Shown one piece after another: positions 24,045-34,926 of a stretch of DNA of 53,615 bases (within the stretch, counting starts at the first letter, position 1; each line of letters begins with the position of its first letter). Source of the stretch: Thraustochytrium aureum (Eukaryota). Below the pieces are notes generated by a model that saw only the letters and a list, made by a program, of their open reading frames with translations, ran no database searches and was not told the origin of the DNA. The translations under genes were made by a program, and so were the position numbers. The stretch spans positions 111,399 through 165,013 of the forward strand of contig BLSG01000385.1 of NCBI GenBank assembly GCA_012862495.1, given 5' to 3'.

Positions 24045-25436
24045 CGTGCCCGCCGCGTCGCTGCGCCTCGCTCCGCGTGCCCTCGCCGCCTTCCTGCGCC
24101 AGTTCGTCGTTTCGCGTGCCGTCGGTCAGTCAGTCGTCCAACTCGTCACTCAGCCAGCCAGCCAGCCAGCCAGNNNNNNNNNNNNNNNNNNNNNNNNNNN
24201 NNNNNNNNNNNNNNNNNNNNNNNNNNNNNNNNNNNNNNNNNNNNNNNNNNNNNNNNNNNNNNNNNNNNNNNNNNNNNNNNNNNNNNNNNNNNNNNNNNNN
24301 NNNNNNNNNNNNNNNNNNNNNNNNNNNNNNNNNNNNNNNNNNNNNNNNNNNNNNNNNNNNNNNNNNNNNNNNNNNNNNNNNNNNNNNNNNNNNNNNNNNN
24401 NNNNNNNNNNNNNNNNNNNNNNNNNNNNNNNNNNNNNNNNNNNNNNNNNNNNNNNNNNNNNNNNNNNNNNNNNNNNNNNNNNNNNNNNNNNNNNNNNNNN
24501 NNNNNNNNNNNNNNNNTGCTGCTGCGCTCTCTCCTCGCGTTGCTGCTCTGCTGCTCCGTCGCTTCGTGTGCGTCTCCTGCGTCTGCTGCTGTGCTGCTGC
24601 AGCGCCAACATCCATCGCCTCGCCACTCTCGCACCTTATCGCTTCATTCCGGCAGAGTTAAAATAGCTCCGAAGCGACGAAAAGACTATTTTAACGCTTT
24701 TAGATACGCCGACAGCGCCGGAGGAGAGGGGCAAGGCGCGCAGGTGCCCCGAGGGTGGGCGATTCGTTCCTTCGTTCCTCGGCCGGAGAGAGAGGAGGGA
24801 AGGTTCGGTAGGGGAGGGGAGGGCCGCGGGCTGTGAGGGGATCGCGGTTTTTGTCCGCTCTTGCCTGCGAGGGATGGGAGGGGGATGGCGCGCTTGGAGG
24901 GAGGTTTTTGGAGCTTTTAGGATTTTTAGCTTTTTCGTTTGGTTTTTCGTTCCTGTTGAGAGTACTGCTACGGTTTCGCTGTGATGCGCAGGGGTGGGGG
25001 GCAGAGGGCTTCGGTTTCACAGGTGCTGTCGAACAAAGAACAATCTGGTGACCGTTTTGCTTTTGGAGTGCTCGCGGTGCGAGTTGGTGGTGCAAGTATG
25101 GACCGTGCCACGTGGCTCGCTCGGGCTGGAGGCGCTTGCCGGTCGTTGTCGTCGTGGTGGGAATGGTGCTGCTCCTGCTGCTGATGCCGAGTCGTCGTCT
25201 TTGTCTTTGTCTTTGCTCGGCTGCGCTATGCGGAGCGCGCAACGGCGCGCTGGTCGTGGCGCGCCGCGGGAAACGAGCACGTGGAGGGGTGAACGCGGAA
25301 CGCGCCTGGGTGGACACGCTCCGCTGGCACGGGAAGCGCTCGAGATCTCAGGCCACGCTGATGGCAGCAAGCCGTTCCAAGGCAACTCCGAGCTTTGTCC
25401 CTCGCAAAGCCGCGGCAAAACGAAAACGGTGGCTCA

Positions 25437-26315
25437 CTACATAAAATCCTCCTCAAAGTCGACCGCGGCAGAGGTGTCCACGCTGGACTGGACCTGGTCA
25501 TTGGTCAGCATCGCGTCCGCGTCCTCGAAGAGGTGCTTGTAGTCTTTGGCCTCTTTTTCGGCGCGAAGGCGCTCACGTTCGTCCTTTCCTTTTTCGCGAG
25601 TTCCTTGGCGCGCTGCTTGCGTATCCGCGCCACGCGCGCGTCGCGCTCCTCGCGCTGCTTGGCGAGATCCGGGTGCTCCTCCTTCTTGGTTTTGTTGATG
25701 CGATTGACCACATCGCGCAGGCGCGGCACGTCGCGGACTTGCACGACCTTCTTTTGGTCGTGAAAGCCTACCTGGCCGTCCACCATGCTGGCCGCTTTCT
25801 TGAGGTTTTCCCATTCGGTGTACACCACATGAACGGAGGCTTTCTTGCAGCCCTCGATTGAGTTGGCCTTGACGAGCTGGACGCAGTCTTCGAGGACATC
25901 GGGGATGTGGTCGAGGCGGCCTGTCTCGCGGTACTTTTTCCGTACTGGACCCATTGGAAGCCGCAGGTAGACGTGCGCGGATGAGAGGTTGTCGACGTGA
26001 AACCACACGTCCTCGGGCCAGCCGTACTTGATCAGCAACTCATTCTCAAACTTGTCCTTGCCCATGTAAATCATGTACCCTTCGCGGGCCTCGAAGTAAA
26101 ACACCTGCGCCGCTCACGCCGCGTGTGTTAGGGCTCGCCCGGAAACCACCACCAGCAGCAGCAGGAGCAGGAACAGCAGCCACGCCCTGCGCGCCTTTCT
26201 CCTCGCAAGCCGCCCAGCCCCACCAGCGGGGAGCCAGCGCGCCAGCGCGCGTGTGCAAGGCGAGCCGACCGGCGCACCGTGAAGCAGCAACCGAATCCAG
26301 GCATCAACTCACCAT
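25437..26315 (-). CDS. CCDC25: Coiled-coil domain-containing protein 25 (NFACT-R/DUF814); exon 1 coding part is only ATG (26315-26313), intron 26312-26105, frameshift in A-run near 25585
   Basis: ATG|GTGAGT...GCAG|GTG gives [23 protein letters not shown]. Contains [15 protein letters not shown] and LVKANSIEG. The conserved C-terminus FEEDFM* is reached after a one-base correction. Confidence 0.92.
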
Positions 26316-26726
26316 GGCGTGCGCCCTGCGCAAGGCAACGCCGAGCGCTGCCTTCCCTCCCGCGACGGCCTGGCGAGCGTCCGGCGTCAGTTCCGAGCGC
26401 GCGTCTTCAGTCCCGGCTGTGCTCTTCCAAGGGTCGCGCTTGTTTGGGGGTTGTAGGAGCCACTCAACAAGCGCGTGGTCTTTGACGGACTCCGAGTCGG
26501 AGCGCGCCGAGCGCGACAAGTGGCGGTAAACCGCTCGGCTGATGACCTCCCACTGCACAACGGCTGGGCTGGCGCCGAGCGCGACCTGGAAGAGGTCCAA
26601 GTGGTGGTAGCAAAACAATCAGCTCGGCTGGCGAGCAGGCGAGCGAGCGCGGCCGCAGCCTATCTGTGAGTGGAGTTACACGAGTAGGTTGAATGCAAGT
26701 CGGCGGCGGTCCTCTGGTGCGCGCGG

Positions 26727-28522
26727 TCACGCCGCGGCGACGACCGCATCGGAATCGATAGAGCGGCTCGACTGTACCTTGGTGAGGAAGGGCGTCGCGG
26801 GAAGTGTGCCAGCAAGGCCCCCGAAGCTGCTGTAGACGGCGCACTGGGGGAAGGCCTCCCAGTTGTAGCGCACCGCAAGGGGCACGGCCGCATTCGCATC
26901 CTTGGGCAGGCCGACGAGGACAATCTCGTTCATGGTGTCGTAGTGCAGCGAGGTGGAGCGAACCCAGGTCGAGTTGGCCAGCTGAACTTCGAACGGGCGC
27001 TCCTGGCAGCACTTGGTGCACAGATGCGTGCCCTCGAGGTGCATCACCCGCGCAGTGCCAGACTTGTAGTGGATGCTCACCGCCTTGGTCGTCGAGTCCC
27101 ACGTCGCGCGCTCGATCTGGGGCCCCGTCGCGCTCGCCACCTCCTTGGTTTTGCCGAAGACGGTTCGAAGGAGGTGGAGCGAAAGGCGACGGCCCACCTC
27201 TGTCTTATTCTTGGGGTGGATATCGCGAATGTTGCCGATATCGATTGCGTCCGCTCCACCGGTATTGGGCAGCTGGAGGGCGACGGCCTGCTGCGCGCGG
27301 ATAGAAACAAACTTGACGTCGCTGAATGCAGCCAAGTAGACCCAAAAGAACGGCAGGTTCGGGGTCTGAAACTTGCGACGCCAGTCCGAAATCATGGCGG
27401 GGAAGCGGCATTCGTAGTCCTTTTGGCCGCTGTTTGCTTCGCCTTGGTACCAGAGCACTGCAGCGAAACGCATGGGCAGCAGAGGATGGATCATCGCGTT
27501 GTAAATCTGCACAAAGCTGGGGTCAGACGAGTTGCCTACGGGCCCATCGCCATTGGGGCGCAGCCCGCCGCATGTTCTGTCAGCCAGCGCATCCGGCGAG
27601 CTGAAGCGCTCAACCTTTTGCCCACCCCAGTAAGACCCCACGAGCCCCACTGGCACGGAGCCCCCAAGCGCTTCGTACACGTTCCGGCCGGCAAAGTAGC
27701 ACGCCGCGGAAGGGTAGGCAGTTTGAAAACTAGGGGTTTTGAGGGAAAAGCTGCTCGGGACGCTCTGCTTCCAGCCCTTGGTATCAGATCGGGACAGAAC
27801 GTCAAACTGAGTTGCATCGGACGATGCCTCGCGGGCGGCCCACATGCGAATCCCGGGAAACTTGGCAGACTCCGCAATAGCGGCCTCGCCGCCAAAGGCG
27901 AAGAAGACGCCAAACTCCATGTTGCTCTGGCCGCTGCAGAGGAACACCTCGCCGAATGCAATGTCGGTCAGGGNNNNNNNNNNNNNNNNNNNNNNNNNNN
28001 NNNNNNNNNNNNNNNNNNNNNNNNNNNNNNNNNNNNNNNNNNNNNNNNNNNNNNNNNNNNNNNNNNNNNNNNNNNNNNNNNNNNNNNNNNNNNNNNNNNN
28101 NNNNNNNNNNNNNNNNNNNNNNNNNNNNNNNNNNNNNNNNNNNNNNNNNNNNNNNNNNNNNNNNNNNNNNNNNNNNNNNNNNNNNNNNNNNNNNNNNNNN
28201 NNNCAATGTCGGTCAGGGTGACCGTCGCGTCGCAGTCACTGATGACGATCGTGTTCCCGCTGCCGGCCTCCTGCGGGGCGAGCTCGATCGTCCAGACCCC
28301 ATCCGCCTGCGTCTCGGCCTCTGCCGCGTCGCCGCCGTTCAGCTTGAGCGAAACCGAGCTGCAGTTCGACTTGCCCCACACGCGCGCCTTGGCTGGCGCC
28401 CTCTGGAGCACCATGTTGGACGACACCATCTCCGGAAGTTGTAGCGCCGTCGCCTGGTCGCGCACGGCAAACAGTGCCGCTGCGCAGAGCAGCGCGGCCG
28501 CCCTCGCGAGTCCTCCCAGCAT
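26727..28522 (-). CDS. SIAE: Secreted sialate O-acetylesterase (SASA/SGNH hydrolase)
   Basis: Signal peptide, SNMVLQR..ARVWG, GEVFLCSGQSNM (nucleophile Ser), WYQGEAN and DIHP (Asp-His). The internal gap appears to be an unmerged overlap. Confidence 0.88.
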
Positions 28523-28852
28523 TCTTGCACAAGCGAAGATAGCGAGCGTCCCACCAGTGTAAGGTGAAGCAGAAGCGGGCAGACCCAGGCTGCGGCGTTC
28601 GAGGGCGCCTTCGCACAACCTGCTGCGCTCGACCCCGCGGCAAGCGGCGCGCCGACTCCCCGCTGACGCCCTGGCTCGGCTCTGCTCTGCTGCGCAACCG
28701 TGAACCGCGCGCCAAGGCCCTTCCTCTGCGTTCAGGACTGCCAGTGTCCCCACACTCACAGTTCTGCGACAGCACTGCCAACAGTGCCACAAGGAAAACA
28801 AACAAGCGGGCATAATCTCCCTTGCCCTGTCTCCCTATGGCAACTGGAAGCC

Positions 28853-28947
28853 GGCGAACTAAAGAGCAGCTCGCGAACGGAAAGAACACGCGGGTTGCTG
28901 GCAGCTGGCGAACTAAAGAACAGCTCGCGAATGGATGAGCAGCTCGC
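28853..28947. repeat. Short direct repeats in the divergent SIAE/P450 intergenic region
   Basis: ggcgaactaaaga(g/a)cagctcgcgaa at 28853 and 28907, plus a partial gagcagctcgc at 28937. Confidence 0.75.
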
Positions 28948-29287
28948 AGGCCAATGCACGATAGGACAACCAGCGCGAGGTCGCGAGGGACTCGAGTGCA
29001 AACCAACGCTACTCCGGGTCATCTCTGATCAGGGAGTCTCGTCGCGCCTCAAATCAATCAAGAGCAGACTCATCTGTAGACTATACCTGTCCGGTCTTGC
29101 CTGTCCTGTCCTGTCCGCCCACGTCGCTCGCGCGGTTCATCAGCGACGAGGGCCTGCGAGCCAAGGAAGACTTTCAGCAAACCTCGAGCGAGCGGGCTCG
29201 TCTTCTTGCCATTCAAGCAGCTGCTGCAGCAGGAGCGCCTGGACGCTGGGCATAGCGGAAGAGCACGGGCAAGCCGGAGAGAACAAC

Positions 29288-31226
29288 ATGGACGAGGCGG
29301 TGGACGGCACACGGCGCGCGAAAGTGCGCCTTGTGAAACTCGCTCGGCACCTGGACGGAGACCTCCGTCTTCGCGCAGGCCTCGAGCATGGGGTTGGGGC
29401 TGCAGAGACGGCCGCGGCGCCAGGCGCAGCGTCCGGGAACGAAGCAGACGCCAAGCAGCCGGGCAAAGCCAAGAAAAAGGCCTCGCCGATCGTGAGCGCC
29501 GCCGAGGTAGTGGACATGAACGCCGTTGCCACGCCGCCGACGATCCAGCTCCCCGAGGGCGTCTTGTTCCCCACATTCCCGGACATGAAGAAGGACATGG
29601 AACGGCTTGGGCGCCCACCACTTTTCAGGTACAAGCTGATGGGCGGCAAGCACATGACCGTGGTGGCCGACCGAGACCTTTTCAAAGTGGTGTACTTTCC
29701 CGACCGCGAGAACCTCACAGCAAACCAAGAGGCGCTCGCGCATCACTGGTTCGGAATCGAAAAGGACCTCGCCATGGCGTACCAGGAGAAAGGACTCCAA
29801 AACACGCGCAAGGCACTCAAGCAAAGCAAGGCCAAGCNNNNNNNNNNNNNNNNNNNNNNNNNNNNNNNNNNNNNNNNNNNNNNNNNNNNNNNNNNNNNNN
29901 NNNNNNNNNNNNNNNNNNNNNNNNNNNNNNNNNNNNNNNNNNNNNNNNNNNNNNNNNNNNNNNNNNNNNNNNNNNNNNNNNNNNNNNNNNNNNNNNNNNN
30001 NNNNNNNNNNNNNNNNNNNNNNNNNNNNNNNNNNNNNNNNNNNNNNNNNNNNNNNNNNNNNNNNNNNNNNNNNNNNNNNNNNNNNNNNNNNNNNNNNNNN
30101 NNNNNNNNNNNNNNNNNNNNNNNNNNNNNNNNNNNNNNNNNNNNNNNNNNNNNNNNNNNNNNNNNNNNNNNNNNNNNNNNNNNNNNNNNNNATGAACGAC
30201 ACGGTGGCAGACGGGATCCTCGACCAGTTCGCCGCCTTTGGAAGCAGCGGGACTGCGGACTTGATGGACTTTGCGTGGCTCACGTTCTGGCCTGTCAACA
30301 AAGCCATGTTCGGGGAGCAGACCGTCTCGCCGGCTGTATGCCCCCACATCCGCGAGCAGCTTGAGACCTACAACTCGCGCTTCGAGCTGGTCGCCAACGG
30401 GATGCCGCGCAGCATGTTCCCCGAGATGGAGGAGGCTGCGCAGCTGATGGCCAGCCACTTTGGCAACATGATCGACCGCGGCAACGCGGAGATGGACGAG
30501 TGCCCGATCCTCAAGGCGCGCGTCGAAGCGATCGACGCCACCGACGATCGCTGGAGCTCCTACCACAAGGGGAGGTTTGTCATGTCGGTGTTCTGGGCGG
30601 CGCAGGCCAACACGGTGCCCGGGACGTTTTGGGCGCTCGCACTGACCCTCGCAGACCCGGCCATCAAGGCCAAGTGCTTGGCGGAGGCCCGCGGGGCCGC
30701 GTTCGCCTCGCAGCCCGACGAAGAGGGCAAGTACGACATCAAAAAGCTGCCGTACTTTAACGCAGTGGTCAAGGAGGTGCTGCGCATGAAAGTGGCCAAC
30801 ATCACGCACCGCAAAGCACAGCACGAGTTTTGCGTGCGGCTCTCGGACGGCTCGCTTGTCAAGGTTCCCAAGGGCGACATGGTGACGGTCTGCTCGCACT
30901 TGCAGCACTTTGACGGCGACGTTTTCGCGGACCCGTACGTTTTCCGGCCGGAGCGTTGGCTCTCCGGGCCAAAGCCCCCCGCGAACGCCTGGTTTCCCTT
31001 TGGCGGCGGCCCGCACACTTGCAGCGGCAAATTCCTCGCCTTGCAGGAGATCCCCGTCTTGCTGGCGCTCTTTTACCGCGAGTTTGACGCGGACCTTGTC
31101 GACCCGGTCCCGCCCGAGGAGTGGACCAACGTGGTGGCAATGGTGACGCCCAAGCAGCCCGCTCAGTGCCGCGTTCGCTTTTCGCGCCGCGCGCCTGCCG
31201 GCGGCAAACCCTCGAGCTCTACCTAA
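29288..31226 (+). CDS. Cytochrome P450, CYP7/CYP8/CYP39-clan-like; interrupted by gap 29838-30190
   Basis: I-helix WAAQANTVPGTFW (CYP7A1-like WASQANTIPATFW), ExxR (EVLR), PERW and heme ligand motif PFGGGPHTCSG. Confidence 0.9.
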
Positions 31227-32467
31227 GTAGCTGTAGCTACCGCTCTCCGCTTGACTGAAGAGGGCGAGTCGGGGAGGCCGCAGTGCGACAAACACCGCAG
31301 CGCGCAACAACGAGAAAAAGTATTTTACTGTCCCAGCGCGTTTTACAGCTGTGTGGCATGTGGAGGTTTCTCGCAGCCCTCCACCTCCTGAACGCTGGCC
31401 ACTCTGGGGAGGCTGGCCGCGTCCTGTCATGGTTTTGGAGGCCAACGAAAGCAGGTCGGGGGAAGTAGGCGGCCGACCGCTCGTGGCCGGCCTCGCAGGA
31501 CCCGCCTCCAAGGAGACACACAGNNNNNNNNNNNNNNNNNNNNNNNNNNNNNNNNNNNNNNNNNNNNNNNNNNNNNNNNNNNNNNNNNNNNNNNNNNNNN
31601 NNNNNNNNNNNNNNNNNNNNNNNNNNNNNNNNNNNNNNNNNNNNNNNNNNNNNNNNNNNNNNNNNNNNNNNNNNNNNNNNNNNNNNNNNNNNNNNNNNNN
31701 NNNNNNNNNNNNNNNNNNNNNNNNNNNNNNNNNNNNNNNNNNNNNNNNNNNNNNNNNNNNNNNNNNNNNNNNNNNNNNNNNNNNNNNNNNNNNNNNNNNN
31801 NNNNNNNNNNNNNNNNNNNNNNNNNNNNNNNNNNNNNNNNNNNNNNNNNNNNNNNNNNNNNNNNNNNNNNNNNNNNNNNNNNNNNNNNNNNNNNNNNNNN
31901 NNNNNNNNNNNNNNNNNNNNNNNNNNNNNNNNNNNNNNNNNNNNNNNNNNNNNNNNNNNNNNNNNNNNNNNNNNNNNNNNNNNNNNNNNNNNNNNNNNNN
32001 NNNNNNNNNNNNNNNNNNNNNNNNNNNNNNNNNNNNNNNNNNNNNNNNNNNNNNNNNNNNNNNNNNNNNNNNNNNNNNNNNNNNNNNNNNNNNNNNNNNN
32101 NNNNNNNNNNNNNNNNNNNNNNNNNNNNNNNNNNNNNNNNNNNNNNNNNNNNNNNNNNNNNNNNNNNNNNNNNNNNNNNNNNNNNNNNNNNNNNNNNNNN
32201 NNNNNNNNNNNNNNNNNNNNNNNNNNNNNNNNNNNNNNNNNNNNNNNNNNNNNNNNNNNNNNNNNNNNNNNNNNNNNNNNNNNNNNNNNNNNNNNNNNNN
32301 NNNNNNNNNNNNNNNNNNNNNNNNNNNNNNNNNNNNNNNNNNNNNNNNNNNNNNNNNNNNNNNNNNNNNNNNNNNNNNNNNNNNNNNNNNNNNNNNNNNN
32401 NNNNNNTGCTCCGCGATGGGGCTCTGCCGTCGTGCTTCCATGCCTGTGTCTCTGGCGCGCGCTTGCC

Positions 32468-32583
32468 AGAATCACCAATGCGGGTTCCCCACAATTGTAT
32501 CCAAAGGGAACCTCCTCGCGGGGTAAATGCATTGAGAATCAGCATTGCGGGTTCCCCACAATTACACCCAAAGGGAACCTCCT
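32468..32583. repeat. Two-copy direct repeat (period 67 bp), each copy with a GGTTCCC/GGGAACC hairpin
   Basis: agaatcaccaatgcgggttccccacaattgtatccaaagggaacctcct versus agaatcagcattgcgggttccccacaattacacccaaagggaacctcct. Confidence 0.85.
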
Positions 32584-33218
32584 GGGTATTTATGAGGCCC
32601 TACGAGTGCCCCTTGAGAAACCCTTGAAAGGCTCCAGACAGTGGGATAGGCTGTGGCGGGGGGTTTGAGGGGGTTCCCCTGTAAGCCGTGGACCCGAGAG
32701 GCTCTTGAGCGGTACTGTGCTGGATTCGGCGGGGATTGCACTGAGTGGGTGGGTGCCTCGCACAAAAACGACGCAAATGGAACGAAAAAAGGGGTCCAGG
32801 ATTGCGACCTCCTCACGTGCCGCATCACCGTCAGTGGGTACCTGCTAGTAGGCCTAGTACCCAGGTAGCACGGGGTGTGCGCGGGAACGCCCAGAGAACG
32901 TTCTTTTGCTCTTTGTAAGCTACGTGGGCCGCGTAAACTACTGCGGAGTTCCCCTCCCTTCACGATGCGAGGGCGAGGGGCGGGTAGTAAGTTACGTCCG
33001 CGGCGGGTTAAGCTGCATGTGTGAAAACGGTTGAAAACAACGTGGTCGGCACACCCCCTGTTCGTTAGCTCGCGTGCACGCGCAAGAGGGACAGAAACGA
33101 CGAGCGCCGGAGCGGCAGACCTGGTTGAAGCTGGAAGCGCGAAAGGGCGGGTCGCGTCCACCGAGCGAGTGTGCGCCAAAAGCGGGGCGAAGACGCGCGC
33201 CCCGGGCCCCAGCAGAGG

Positions 33219-34635
33219 ATGATGGGCCTCTGGACCAACTCGACGAGCAAGGTCCTCGACTCGGCGCGAAACGGAAACTTTGACGAGGTACGCAAAGCAC
33301 TCGCAAAAGGCGACGCCGCCAAGCTCGCCAGAGCGTCGGCTGCCGGGACGTCGCTGCTGCACTTGGCGGCTGCGGCTGGCGANNNNNNNNNNNNNNNNNN
33401 NNNNNNNNNNNNNNNNNNNNNNNNNNNNNNNNNNNNNNNNNNNNNNNNNNNNNNNNNNNNNNNNNNNNNNNNNNNNNNNNNNNNNNNNNNNNNNNNNNNN
33501 NNNNNNNNNNNNNNNNNNNNNNNNNNNNNNNNNNNNNNNNNNNNNNNNNNNNNNNNNNNNNNNNNNNNNNNNNNNNNNNNNNNNNNNNNNNNNNNNNNNN
33601 NNNNNNNNNNNNNNNNNNNNNNNNNNNNNNNNNNNNNNNNNNNNNNNNNNNNNNNNNNNNNNNNNNNNNNNNNNNNNNNNNNNNNNNNNNNNNNNNNNNN
33701 NNNNNNNNNNNNNNNNNNNNNNNNNNNNNNNNNNNNNNNNNNNNNNNNNNNNNNNNNNNNNNNNNNNNNNNNNNNNNNNNNNNNNNNNNNNNNNNNNNNN
33801 NNNNNNNNNNNNNNNNNNNNNNNNNNNNNNNNNNNNNNNNNNNNNNNNNNNNNNNNNNNNNNNNNNNNNNNNNNNNNNNNNNNNNNNNNNNNNNNNNNNN
33901 NNNNNNNNNNNNNNNNNNNNNNNNNNNNNNNNNNNNNNNNNNNNNNNNNNNNNNNNNNNNNNNNNNNNNNNNNNNNNNNNNNNNNNNNNNNNNNNNNNNN
34001 NNNNNNNNNNNNNNNNNNNNNNNNNNNNNNNNNNNNNNNNNNNNNNNNNNNNNNNNNNNNNNNNNNNNNNNNNNNNNNNNNNNNNNNNNNNNNNNNNNNN
34101 NNNNNNNNNNNNNNNNNNNNNNNNNNNNNNNNNNNNNNNNNNNNNNNNNNNNNNNNNNNNNNNNNNNNNNNNNNNNNNNNNNNNNNNNNNNNNNNNNNNN
34201 NNNNNNNNNNNNNNNNNNNNNNNNNAGCAGGATCGATGGCAGCTGGCCGCGCTCTTCTCGAGGAGGGCGGATCTTTCACTCCTAAATGCTGCAGCCATGT
34301 CGCCCGAGCAGCTCGCCGCAGCGGCGGGCCACTCGGAGATGGTAAGAATGCTCCAGGCAGTCATGCGAGAGGATGCCCCCGTGTCCGCTGTGGTTCGCCA
34401 GTACGCCCCGTCGGACGCCATTGCGAGGCTCGCAGATCAGGGTCTGGCGAGCGCCTTGAAGGCCCTTCGCCTCGAGGCCTTTGGCGAGGGTCTTGAGGGC
34501 ATGGGGGTGGGTGACTTGGAGGACCTCGCCTTGGTCTCCGAGCGCGAGTTAGAAGAACGGCTTGCCATGCCGCTTGTCAGTGCGCGCAAGCTCATTTCGC
34601 TGGCCTCTGAGCGCAAGCAAGTACTCTCTATTTGA
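33219..34635 (+). CDS. Ankyrin-repeat protein with C-terminal SAM-like domain; middle in gap
   Basis: SARNGNFDEVRKAL, GTSLLHLAAAAG and SPEQLAAAAGHSEMVRML are ankyrin-like. LKALRLEAFGEGLEGMGVGDLEDLALVSERELEERLAMPLVSARKLI is SAM-like. Confidence 0.75.
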
Positions 34636-34926
34636 GCATGCAGACTTGGACGGACTTGCCTCCCATGTGGAGGCCAGCAACCACTTCGCTTTGGCTGCCC
34701 AGTCGGGGCCAGCAATCACCTCTCTTTGGCTGCCCTCCGGCTCGATTCGGCTGAGCCGCAGGGAGAGCTCCACCTCTGGAGCGAAGGAAAGCGCCTTGGG
34801 AAGCTCTCGTAGGGAGCTTTCGCCGAGTGCCGTCCTCAAGTGCCAGGGCCCGCGCGAGGGCACGCTGGGGAAGCCCATAATTAGGTCGGGAGCAAAGGCA
34901 AGACGGGTTTATTTCCAGGTTGCAAG

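Noticed and set aside
5944..26315. Calling the frameshifted genes pseudogenes
   Set aside because: Catalytic motifs are intact, no in-frame stops accumulate, and most indels sit in homopolymers, so sequencing error is more parsimonious.
32468..32583. CRISPR-like interpretation of the hairpin repeats (also considered for 11437-11712 and 49847-49970)
   Set aside because: Only two copies each, no series of unique spacers, no cas genes, eukaryotic context.
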